Assembly (NCBI GenBank): GCA_030390025.1
Contig: CM059427.1
Span: 39,184,001-39,248,000, forward strand
DNA length: 64,000 bases
Direction: 5' to 3'
From: Squalus acanthias
Taxonomy: Eukaryota
A program made the position numbers and the translations under genes. Positions 1 through 11,957 of the stretch are shown one piece after another; position 1 is the first letter of the stretch, and each line of letters begins with the position of its first letter. The notes under the pieces were generated by a model. It was not told where the DNA came from, searched no databases, and saw only the letters and a program-made list of their open reading frames with translations.

Positions 1-69
1 CATTTTACACTATCGACAAAAGTTAAAATGACCCCATCTGGCTCTTTGAATAGTGCCACCAGAAGGCAA

Positions 70-212
70 CTCAGCACTGCAACAATGTAGCACTCCTCAA
101 TGATGCACTGGAATGTCAGCCTAGATTATAATCTCTGATGCTGGAGTGTGGCTTGAACCAAGATCTTTCTGACTTGGAGACAAGAGCGCCACCACTGAGC
201 CAAGGTAACACT
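70..212 (-). mobile_element. tRNA-derived SINE 5' fragment (SacSINE1/DeuSINE-like)
   Basis: Reverse strand reads TGGCTCAGTGGT (A box)...GGTTCAAGCCAC (B box-like)...AGGCTGACATTCCAGTGCA; same head as the copy at 47187-47613. Confidence 0.7.
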
Positions 213-230
213 GAAATACACACAAATATT

Positions 231-896
231 AGCATCAATTTTAACCCTGCCCAAGTGACGAGAATGGTGCGGGCGGCGGTTAAGATGGTGGGGAGTCACG
301 CCAAAATTCCCAACATGTTCCCGCCCCCGCCCTCGCTCCCCCCATCATTTTAACTCACCTCACGACAGGCACGGGAGAGATGCTCATCCCAGACAGGCGG
401 AGGCCTACTTTACATTCTAACGTCGCAACCCAATGTTGTCATTGGTGTCACAGCGCCATTTTAACTAAAACGTTCACACAGTGCCAAAACCAACAACAGG
501 AATTGGCGGCAGACTTTGGAGAGGCCAGAACAGGCCAAGGTGAGTACTTAAGTCTATCTTTTCTGCGGAATGCTCCCCATGGCCCTGCAAGGAGTCCTTG
601 GGCCTCCCCAGCCATGACCTAGCATCTCCCTCCCACCACCGGCATCACATGCCGAAACCTCTGCCCCAGACTAACTTTGTGCCGGTGACCGTTCCCCTGG
701 ATCCCCAGCATCCTCCGGCTTCCGCCTCAACTTCTGCTCCCGCCCGCTTGGCCTGACATCGCACTTACCGGTTTCGGGCAGGAAGCAGTGCTGCAGTATT
801 TAAATGAGGCCCATGAGTTAAAATGGCCTGGGCCTTAGGCTGAACTCTCCGAGGGGGTTTCCCCGCCCTGCGCTGCACCCTCTCCGAATGTACCCC
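231..896. mobile_element. Degenerate non-autonomous DNA transposon (Harbinger-like MITE)
   Basis: GC/CpG-rich island in AT-rich DNA; decayed ends (agcatcaattttaac ... gaatgtacccc); internal AGGTGAGT (538) and ACTTACC (763) motifs as in the other MITEs. Boundaries approximate. Confidence 0.45.
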
Positions 897-2149
897 AAGC
901 TTTCTTGGAGGTTTTTTTTTTGTCCAAATATTAAGCGATAGAAACATTGGTTCCCAGTAATGAAAAGATTCCTGTGTGCCTGTAAAATGCCTGAGATGGA
1001 TCAGAGCAGTTGCACAGTAATTTATTTAAAAAAATTATAGAGTGCTGCAACAGATAAATAAAGCTAGTGTTTACTAGTGAGGCTCCAAAATTGTTAGTAA
1101 ATGCTGTTAAGCAGCCACAGAGCATATATTGTACATGTGTATGGTATACTTATAAGGTATTAACTTTTGCATAGATCTGCTGCAATCATTGTGACACTGA
1201 TCTTTGCAGTTTGGAATGTGTAATCAGGAACAGAGCTGAGAAGCTCTTTAGCAAGGGAGCTGTTTTATCCCGGGAAGATGCTTTGTATGACCTGCTGCAC
1301 AAACATTTCCCAATTACAGGGCTTTTAAAATCACAGGATATAGTAATTGACAGGCAGAGAAACAAATCATAAGTATATCAAAAGCATTGTCGATTACTAA
1401 TTTGACAAAGCAAGCAGTGAGCGCAGTGCAGTACATAGAAAGATGAGGCTTGCCAAAGCTTGGAATAGTAATGCTCTTAGACTTTTGTCTCCATTCAACG
1501 ACTTGTGCAGTGACACAAATACAGTATATGTTTATACCATTAGCAGATTATGCCTTGTCACACTGTAATTCTGATTGATTGACAACACTACTAAACTAAC
1601 CACAATTGCATACCATTCTATATATTTTAATATATAAGCACTTTTCTTTGTTATTGATGCAGTCAGCCTCTTCAAATAGATTTTGATTGACATTTTTTTT
1701 GTAGAAAAGTAAGACCGATTAGGAGGTGTAATCTAATCACAATAAAGATATGAATTATCATAGATCTAAGCACTTTTCAAAAGCTATTTAACACTTTGTA
1801 GATTCTGCCCTGCTGAAAGGCATTTTATGGCTATTTGGTTACTGTTTGCAGAGGGATTTGTTTGGCATTGAATAAAAATAAATCATAACATATATATTTT
1901 AATCAAATAGCCACGGTGACAGGGTTTATTGACTTTCAGACACAGCTATAGCAGAACGGGTTGGGGGGTGGGTGGTGCTGCGGTTGGGGGCTAATGCACC
2001 TTCCCCGCTTGTGCCATGGCTCCTCCATTGCCCAACAAATAAAATTGGCACACAGTGTGGAGCCCATATATTGGGTATTCCTGTGAAAGCACTTGCCCAC
2101 AGCCACTTTCATACCTCACCATTAGTTTTCTGTTGAAAGAATTAAAAAT

Positions 2150-2265
2150 GACAAAAATGGAAAATAAAAACAGAATAGCTTGAAAATACACAGCAAGTTA
2201 GTCAACATGTGAAGGAGAAAATATAGGTCAGTGTTTCGATGGAAACACGTTACCAAAATTAGTTC
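2150..2265 (-). mobile_element. Old Penelope-like element terminal-repeat fragment
   Basis: Reverse complement (..cgaaacactgac..gactaacttgctgtgtattttcaagctattctgtttttatttt) resembles the 3' end of the element at 56205-56637 (..cctgctgagtttttccagcgttttctgttgttatttc). Confidence 0.5.
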
Positions 2266-4562
2266 TGCATTGTCATGGAGTGAGCAAATGCCAACTGTCT
2301 TTGGCTGAAATTATAGCAGCAGAAGTAGCTATTCTCATTTTTTTTTTTAAAGTACATTTTGTTGTTGGAAATGTAATCCTTGGTGGCCTAGTCCAGGCGC
2401 AGGGAAATTCAATCTCTCATGGTCTAGTGATGGTGGTGGAGGAAATGCACTGTTTTAAATTGCCGAGCTGATTGTTCCTGGGGAAGCTGTGTGACGTCTG
2501 TGTTCAGTACTTAGTGGTAAGTTACTGTATGCATTCAATCTCTGGCTGTATAAGTGTGAGTACGCACCTATAATTCCTAGAGTTTGACCAGGAATTTGAG
2601 GGGTGTCTATCTTCACATACGATCCAGAGAGTCTCATCTGCCAGCTTGTGGAAATGAGGTTAGGTCTTCACCAACACTTCAGGAATGGTTGAATGTTTCA
2701 TACTCTGACCTGCCATAGAAAAGAAGCTCTCAACTTGGTCAACAGGACTTTAGCCTTTGGACAATATATCATATAGGTGCGCAGTAGGAACAAAGGAAAG
2801 TGATGGGAAATCATTGGCATCTTCCACTGCTCAAAACTCATGTTAAGCTACTTAGGCCTATGTTTTTATAGCCAGTTCTGGTTCATGACTCACTTCCAAA
2901 TCAAACTACATCCAGGGGAGATGAGTTTTATTGAATCCTTAGTTACGACTCTGGTAGCATTTACACAAGATTATTTACTCAGAAGCTAAATCCAGTCTGC
3001 AGCAAAACCCCTCTGGGAATACGCCATTTAATAAAACAGAACAGTGCTTTAAGAATAGCCTGTGTGCCAGTCCTTGACAGGTAGATTTCAGATTGAGGCA
3101 GGTGATGTTCTCATTATACCTGTCCAAACAGATGGGTGATTTTCATTTAGAAATAGCCCTCCAATAGTTAATAGACAGATACATTTCAAAAAAGCACCCA
3201 ACACTCAGCTGGTACCTGTCCAAACAGATATTAATCTAAACATTCTTTTAGCCTAGCAATATCTGTGGGATGTTTTTAGTCTTAGTTTTTTGATCTTACA
3301 TTCTAGGTTGCATTTATTAGTGTTGAAAAGAGAGTCTGTTGCAGGTCTAGTTTGCATTTCAGGAATCCCATCTCATTTATTCATTTGTTTTTATTTATTC
3401 ACCTTCGGTGTTTCCTAGATTCTGTGCTGGCTAGCTCAGAAGTGAACCAAGCAGAGATTGAAGGATAGATACAGATGCCAAAAAATTCATTGAGCTGGAA
3501 AAATGATAGCATTGACTCTTTGTTGCATATCAAAATTCAAGGTCAGTTGAATCTAAAGAGGATCATACATGGACACTGTATACCCATTGGGCTGCTATAA
3601 TGTATACTCAAAATTGGCATACTTATGTAGTTCTGTGCATGAATTTCCCGAACATTTTTCCAAGCATTGGACCTAAGACTACAAGTCAGATTAAGTCTTT
3701 TATTGATTTTAATTTTTCTCCGTCTTCCAGGTTGCCCCATTGCTGGTCTGAGAGGACAAGCAGGCCACTTGCTCCCACGCCTCAGTCAGTGCCGCTCTCT
3801 AATGGAATTTGTGTGTTTTTTAAATTACATTCAAGTTCCAACAAAATTCTCAAGACAAGAAACCTGTATTTAGTTGCTACTTTGTTCATTTTTTTATAAA
3901 TCAGGTCAGCATCCTGAAGCTCTGATTAATTGTATGACAGAATCTTCACAACTGATGCAAGTTACGTTTGTCCAGTAGTAATGTCCTGCATCAGAAGCAA
4001 CAGTTTCAGTGGAAGCAACATATAGCCTCCATCGCAGCAGCTGCGTGTTCTGGGTGCCTTGTTGCCTTCAGCCGCAGTCTCAGCCTCACTGGAGGAGATT
4101 TTCTTATTGTACATACTTTTTTTGAGAAGGAGGGTGAGGATTTTAAATAAAACCAAGATGAAGCTCTTGGTGTGCTGTGTAAGGGCCTGTATCTAGCACT
4201 GCCTCGAGGAGTGTCTGGAAACATATTTAGATGAAACCAGGGAGACGTGTTTGGTCTCCATTTAAGGCAGGGATCATAAATTGTTATGGGCTAAGTTAGG
4301 GATGGCAGGATGACCTTAACACAGCTAGGAAGTGTAGAATTTTTTTAATATAATTTGCATCCTATTTATACCATCATTTGGAGGTAGTTCTCTCAGTTTT
4401 GAGATATAGAGCTGCTCAGCTAATGCTTGGTAGTTTTATAAGCACACTAGAGTCTCAAGACTATATTCACAAATACAAGAGATTTTCATCCAACAGGGAT
4501 TCTAAACTTACATTGCACGACTGAAGACATGTTGTATCTCGATAGTATTCTGGGAACGTAAT

Positions 4563-5307
4563 GGGCCAGAATTTGTTGGGAAAATAATGGCGAGTTTAAT
4601 GTGCACGCCGTTACTAGTGTGGAAATAGCCCAGAAATTTGTGGCGAGGAAGAGATATCCCGTGAACTGCGAATTGTCGCAAATTGCTGGACGATTTGCGC
4701 TGCTCCGCCGTTAGGCTTGCGAAAACAGCAGCTCACCTGCAATCTCCCCATAAGTTTCAAGAAATTGCTACATTTGCGCATTAATTACTAATTAAATTCG
4801 CCACAGAAAGTTAAGGCTGGTAGAACAGCATAAGTACCCTTTTACTGACGAGATTTATGTTTCTGCAATGTCACTCGACCTCTCCGGCCAAGAAAGGGAA
4901 CAATTGAAACTGTGGAGTCTCATTCCTACAGGTAGTAAATTGTTCTTAAAGATTTAACATTTTTAATTTGTTTTCTTACTTTTAATTTCTGTCTCTTTTC
5001 TCCCTCTTAATCCAATCTTTCTTTCCCTCTCTTTATTTCTCCTTCTGTACCAGATTTGATTATAATTCACTCTATTTCCTTCCCTTTCTGTTTCTTTCTC
5101 AATCATTAAATCTCGTTGATTAAGGAGCTAGACTGTTGGTCCCATCGTTCACCAAGGTCCCAGATGCCACGTTGACCTTGCCACGCTGTTATCAGCTCGC
5201 ACTTCCAGCAATTTGCGGCGCAAAGAATTTTCATGCTGAAAGGTGAAGGAAAAAGTATAACTAACGGGGCACGCCGCGAGATGCTCCACTCCAGCAAATT
5301 CTGGGCC
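4563..5307. mobile_element. MITE with terminal inverted repeats (Harbinger-like)
   Basis: Left GGGCCAGAATTTGTTGG vs right CCAGCAAATTCTGGGCC; sub-terminal inverted GTGCACGCCGTTA / TAACGGGGCAC; flanks AAT/AGT resemble a decayed 3-bp TSD. Confidence 0.8.
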
Positions 5308-7529
5308 AGTGTATCATGAAGTACGTCAGTGCAATCTAAATGTGTGCAATAATGATAGTGAAATATACCTGGGTAGTTAGAAAATCAAATCTAAAGATCT
5401 GACCTTGAGGGCCAGTGTCCGATGCAGCTCATTGCTCTTGGATACATGTACGTCCTTCAACTGCCTGGGGTCACAGACCCATCTGCCCACTAAACTGCTA
5501 AAGAAGATGGTTGGATACTCACATCTACAATAGTATTTGAAGGCAAGCTAAAGGACAATTTTCAAAAGTGGGGTTGTGGGTGTGAGAAAGAGAGAAAAAA
5601 ATGACTGTTCTGATCACACAACTATTGTAGCCTTTTTTGTGTGGGTTTTTTTAAACTTTAGCAAGTGAAAAAGAGAGCAAGAGAGGGACTGGGGTCAGAG
5701 AGTGAAGTGAGATAGAGAAAGAAAGAAAGAAAGAATTGAGAAAGTGTGTCTGTCTTCATTTAATGTTACTTCAATCTTCAAAGCATTCTGAAGCCAAATA
5801 CTTTATCTTACCTGTATTTTATTGGCAATAAGGTCAATGCTAATTATGTACACCTGTGAGACAGAGATTCTAAACTAAGACCTATGAGACAGAGTGGAAG
5901 AGACAGAGAGAAAGACGGAAATAGAGCGAAAGGCAGACTGGCAGTTTCTTCCCTCATTCTAAATGGATTTATTTTTAGTGTGTACGTATAGCATGACAAG
6001 TTTACATAAGCAGATTCCATTATAAATATGGACAAAATAATTCATAATAGAAGTATAAAAATCAGGACCGAATGTGTGACTTTAAAATAGGGACTGAATT
6101 ATGTGTGTGTGCCCTGGTCCAGTTATCCCCTGGTCTCTAACCTGCTTCACCTGAAGACTATGCTTGGTTTTGACTTCCCGTGTGCAATGCCATGGGAGGT
6201 TGACTAGTGTATATAAAATACTTTGGTCACTGTGGCTCTATCCACTCACTTACCATGACATTGTGAAGCTAACAGCAGGATAAAAGAAGTGGTAGGGTGC
6301 GTATGTGGGTATTTGGTGTCTCTGGGCTCTGCCATTTTTAAAGGAGCATGTCAACCTGAATACAAAATGACTCAAATTGAGCAAAATGTGGATATTGGTG
6401 TGCTCAATTGAAATGGACCAATTTTGCAGTCTTATAGTTCAGATCTCACCCCCAACAGCCTAGAGCCTAAATGAGCTTTTTTCAGAAAAATATTGGAAAG
6501 GGATTAGTACTTCTTATCGTTAAAGGATGTGGGAGGAAGAGATTAGAAGTTACTTGTATTTGTGTTCAAGTAATCGACAGCTGATGATTATTACATTCTA
6601 GATTTTTCTCAAAGTTGAGGTTTTTCATGAAAGGAGCTGAAATTCTCAGAAGTTTAGACTTTTAAATTGATTATTCCATATCTATGTTTTGCTTTGTGAA
6701 GTAACTGTGACTCATCCTATTAGACTGAAAATATAAAATTGACAGTAATATATGTCAAATTTTCTGAATAGGCAGTGCCCAAGCTCTCTATAAACCTCTA
6801 TTTTATGTTAATATCCTTAATTTCATTTTCTAATGAAGGATAGAGTAAGTATTCCACAGTAGAAAGATAATAATAGAATTTGTTTATCGGAACTTGAAAT
6901 GCATTGTTCAATTTAATACAACTTTCTGGGCCCAATTTCATACCTACTGTGTCATTCTGTTTAATCTGCTTTCATTTGTAACTGGTTGAATGATATGTAG
7001 TTGTTGATGTATAATGGAACAATTGAAAATAAACTGTGATGACTACATTTTTCAGGCAAACCAAATGAAATCAAATCAGTAAATTATTTTGTGCAGACAA
7101 TCATGGAAGAGATCATGGGGAATAATTTATTAGAAACTAGACTAGGGTGTTTCAGGAAAAGTTCAAAATGGACACCAGTTGGTCAGTGTCACATGATGGT
7201 GATATGAAACCAACTTAGCGAAAGCAGCCTTATATATCCTACCTTGGATCAGAACTGTTTCCAAATGTGTTTTCCTGCCATTGCTCTCATCCCTAAGAAT
7301 TCGACATTCAATTCCAAAGGCACCTCATTATCTGTATTTTCAGTTGGCTTCCATGTGGATATAGAATTGATCATTTTTTCTGTCTAAGCTGTTCATTAAT
7401 GTGGCAAAAAGGTAGCGAAAAGATAAAGCAGCAGTCATTCCTGCAGTAATCGTCTGTGATTATTGAAATCGATTCATTTTAGCTACTGTAAAATGTAGGT
7501 GTTGTTATACGGTAAAAGTCAAGTGTGAG

Positions 7530-9158
7530 GACTCACTTCCTTCCTGGTCCCCATGCTAGTAGATATTGTAACTTGTTCCCTCCCTTCAGGCATAGTCCCC
7601 CATTTTTTCAAAACTGCTGTCATCATTCCTCTCCTCAAAACTTCACCCTCGACCCCTCTGTCCTTGCAAATTACCACCCTGTGTCCAACCTAGTACGGTA
7701 GCCTAGTGATTATGGTACTGGAATAGTAATCCAGAGTTTCTGAGTTCAAATCCCACCATGGCAAGTTGTGAAATTGAATCCAATAAACTTAGTGATTTAT
7801 GTGTTGGCACCAGAAAAACTGATTACAAAAGCTGCCCAATTGTAATAAAACCCAACTGGTTTACTAATGTCCTTCATGAGACGAAAACTAGTCTGGCACA
7901 CACGTGACTCTAGTGCCAATAAATACTGCATTGCCAGTGTTGCCCATGTCCCAAGAACAAATAAAATAATACCCTCCCTTTCCTCGCCAAAGTCCTTGAA
8001 CATGTTGTTGACTCTTAATTCAACTCTTTCGCAACTCCTTTTGGATCCCTCCAATCAGGTTTCTGCCCCTCTCACAGCACCAAAATAGCCCTAATCAAAG
8101 TCTCTGTGACTGTGACCATGGTGCCTTGTCCTCCTCAACCTCTCTGCAGCCTTCCACACAATTGACTACACCATCCTCCAAAACCTTTCTTACATTGTCC
8201 AGTTTGGTAGCAGTGCCCTCACTTGGTTTGACTCTCCAGTTTTATCCAGAGTATCTGTAGCAATGTTCCCCAAGGATCCATCCATGGCCCCACCCTCCTC
8301 TTCCTCACCTCCGTGCTGCTCCCTGGAAACATCATCCATAGAAAGGGGATCAGCGTCCATATGTGTGCAGATGACATTCAGCTATACCTCTCCACTGCCT
8401 CTGGGCTGTTAGACTGCGTGTCTGACATGCTGTAATGAGCTGTAATTTCCTCCAGCTAAACATTAGAAAGACCGGAGCCATCGTCTTTGGCCCCCACCAT
8501 AAACCCCTTACTCTTGCCAATGTCTCCATTCATTCCCTGGTCACTGACTCAGGCTGAATCAGACTGTTTGCAAACTCTGTGTCTGGAGCTAAGCTCTGAC
8601 CTCATATTTTCTCCATCAAAAAGATCGCCTACTTCCATGTCCTAACATCACTTCCACCCCTACCTCAGCCCACCTGCTGCTGAAATCCTCATCCATACCT
8701 TTATCACCTCCAGTGCTCTCCTGGCTGACCTCCCATCCATCACCCTTCATAAGTTTCAGTTCTCTACGGCTCTTATCCTATCCCACATGAAATCCCACTC
8801 ACCCATCACCCTTGTCCTCGCTGATCTACATTGGATCCCGGTCACCCTAAGCTTCAAATATAAAATTCTCATCCTTCTGTTTAAATCCTTCCGTGACCTC
8901 ACCCCTCTTCACCTTTCCAAACTCCTCCAGCCCAATAATCCCTCTGCAAACTTGCCACTCCTGATACTCTGGCATCTTGTGCATTATCTCTCCGTTGGCC
9001 CCACCATTCACAGTCATGCCTTCACCTGCCTAGCCCTTATGCTCCTGAATTCCTTCCCTAAATCCCTCGTCTCTTCACCTCCCTCTCTTTCCTTAAGACC
9101 CTCTTTATAACCTACCTCTTTGACCAAACTTTTGGTCACTCTTCCTAATATCCCCTGA
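7530..9158 (+). mobile_element. L2-clade LINE, decayed RT region to 3' end, interrupted by a SINE
   Basis: C-rich L2-like sequence; ORF 8787-9110 (SPITLVLADLHWIPV..FKYKILILLFK); 3' part acctacctctttgaccaa..ttttggtcac matches 62930-62960. Confidence 0.85.
7692..7970 (+). mobile_element. tRNA-derived SINE nested in L2
   Basis: A box GGTAGCCTAGTG, B box GAGTTCAAATCC (7742-7753); tail aataaatactgcattgccagtgttgcccatgtcccaagaacaaataaaataa; the L2 sequence tccaacct|ccctttcc is split around it. Confidence 0.8.
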
Positions 9159-9159
9159 T

Positions 9160-9457
9160 TTATGCTGAGTTAGCTGATCTCAGCTGGGGTGATATTGAGG
9201 TGCTGCGACTGGATTTCAATGTCCTTGGGCTAGGGAAGGGAAAATCAGCCAGGGGTCCTGATTGCAACTCAGGGATCTATGTTGAAAAATGTGCATAGGA
9301 GGCCAGGATTAGGTTTAGCTGTGCTGCCTTTATAGTTGAATAGTTGGTGTCATTTGCTGCTACGCTCACACATCAAGAATAACTGCTTGGGCAAAGCAGT
9401 GGATGCTGCTAATGTCTATACAACTGTACCCCAGTAGGAGTTACTACCTTCCTGAGA
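9160..9457 (+). mobile_element. Old SINE-like dispersed repeat
   Basis: Motifs gctgagttagctgatctcagc, gggctagggaagggaaaatcagccaggg and gctcacacatcaagaat, recalled from a chondrichthyan/ancient SINE family; family not certain. Confidence 0.5.
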
Positions 9458-11900
9458 TAACGAATAAATATTCTTTAAGTTTCATTATGTTGTGGCCTTA
9501 GAATATAATCACATTCTTCTTTTTCCTGGTTCTACACAAACTACTGCACTCCATCCACCTTATTCATTCCTTCATTATTTTAATAATCGTAGATTTTACA
9601 CTGCAGTGCAACTTGCGGTGTCAACGCATCACAACACAATCTTTCTTTGATCTATGCTGCATGTCTCAAGGCAGCATGGGATGCCAGTGTGGTAACGTGA
9701 GGTCATCACACTGCTGTCTTCCTGAGTGCCTGTGATGGTGGATTTATTAGCAGTACCTAGAGTGAGCCGTACCTACCAGAGTCACCAGTGTGGATATGAT
9801 TCTACCTGTCTGTGCAATAAATACACCAGCAATGCACCAACCTTTTTTGTGATATTGGGATTGCCTCGTGTAAGTGCGCAATCTGATTATTTTATTTGCT
9901 TTCATTTCTTCTTTTGTTCTGTTTTTTTCCCTGCTGTCTTTGATTACATACTGGGCTCATTGGGATGTATTCAAAGACTTACTGTACAAGAAGGCTACAC
10001 GTTTTGGGGCATTGCAATCTCTCCAAACAATGCACACAGCAGAAATGCTTGTGAATATGGACCTTGACCTCCATTTGGAGAGTTTACATCTGACACAAAA
10101 TCTCACTGAGTACAGTGCTTTGTAAATGTTGCTTTTTGGCAAAGGAGTGCTTAAGGATAGATTCAGGCTATTTCCTTGTTAAACTTGACAATCAGTAGTT
10201 TTGATATTTTACCATTTTCAATGCACATTATTGAGATTATACTCGAAGTGGACAACATGTGTCTAAATAAATGAAGTGGAGCATGTCTGTTGAGCAAAAT
10301 GCAGTGTTGTGTGGTTTTGATATTAATTGTGCTAGATTGACCAATAACTTCAATTTAATTGCTGTACCAGAGACACTGTCATATCTACCCCCACTCCCGA
10401 GAGACTCCTATTTACAGGCCCCACAAACTAAAATGCAACCTTCCCAACTGGTGGGAAAGAGTGGCTAGTATGTGACTGATATCTACCCTAGTTAGGACAG
10501 AGTAGTGCCTTTTTATGTGCACACTGTACATACCTTCCCAACAAAACATAATTATCTGCTTATAATATTTCCAATGTGATGGTCAGTTGGGGTGTTTAAG
10601 CAGATGGTCGTTAAGTTGGATACTGGTTTCAAACAACAACATATTGTATTTTCTAGTATGTACGTAATAGTAATAAATGTTATTTTCAATTCTATCTTTA
10701 ACTGTGCTGTAATATATTTTAAATTGTTTGTAGTATTCCCAATTATCTCCGTTTTTTTAAATTAACAGTGCTGCTTCCATGTTAAGTGCATTATAGTATG
10801 TAAGAACGCAAACCCGGACAATGAAACTCCAGTTTAGTGACAGCAGTGTTTTGCAATCTGTTGGTTACATAGCAGCTTAACATTTATAATCGTAGTGAAA
10901 ATTGGCTGTTAAGAACTTGTTACAGATTTTTTTTTTAACATGGTGGTTTATTGAACATAGTTACTTAATAAGCATCTTTAGTATTGTAAATCGATGAAAG
11001 CAGTAATGAGTCTGATGAGAATGAATTTCAATTACAGTGCTCCCCTAGCATAAAATTCTTTTTTGATGTGGTGGAATCCAGCTACAAGGCATCACGAGAA
11101 CAGCCACCTCTGTGTTTCCTTTCAGCTGTTCCATAATGAATAGCGAATTGTGCAAACGGCAGTCCAATTTACGTGGTGGGAAATTGGATGGACATACTGG
11201 AGGCGCAGTCATGTTTGCTTAAAAACAGCAAAGAATACAGAGATTAATAGTACTAAATAAGGTCAGCTTTGTGTTGTTTGCTCTCTGAGCCAGGGTGCTG
11301 AAAATATTACTTTGAATTTGCAAGAAAAAGACTTGTTAATCCTATAAAATAATTCTAAACATTGCTCACTCAAATACAGGAAATTCTTATAGCCCATTAC
11401 TGTGAAGGGGGGGTAAAAAAAAAAGCTAACTTTATGTGGCTAATTTTTGCATGCTTTGCTGGAGATTGACATTTACAAAGCATAAAGAATGTGCTGTAAA
11501 ATGTTGTAGGTTTTTATCATTGTGCAGAAGGCTCGACCACCAAGCGCTGTTAAATTATACAAAAGTGCATTCTTTGTGAGTCTTTTGAGGTGCTAATCAG
11601 TGGAATGTGAGCCGAGGCCCTCGAGCCCGTCAGAAACTATTTCATTATTGGGATGTTGTGTAATCAAACTGTGGCAAAAATGGTGCTGTAGACTTTCAGC
11701 ACAGTTCCCTTCCAAACTAACAACCCTAATGTGATTTTTGTTTTGTGTGCTTGTGTGTTTGATATTTCTGGTAATATGCTGCGAAAGGGATCTCAGTGGT
11801 TTTAGGTGATAAGAACAGCCTACTTACTGTTGACTGATGCACATGGAGGTGACAGTTTTTTGAATGCAGGATCGGATGTTTCACTTGGACCTCAACCTCA

Positions 11901-11957
11901 CCACCACCCCCCCCCTTCCCCCCGCCACCCACCCTCTCCCCCCCTCCCCCCCCCCCC
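11901..11957 (-). repeat. Poly-C/G tract, potential G-quadruplex on the minus strand
   Basis: Several C runs of 4 or more separated by 1-4 nt spacers. Confidence 0.7.

Noticed and set aside
7692-7770. tRNA gene
   Set aside because: A and B boxes are present, but it continues into a SINE body and LINE-type tail; no complete cloverleaf.
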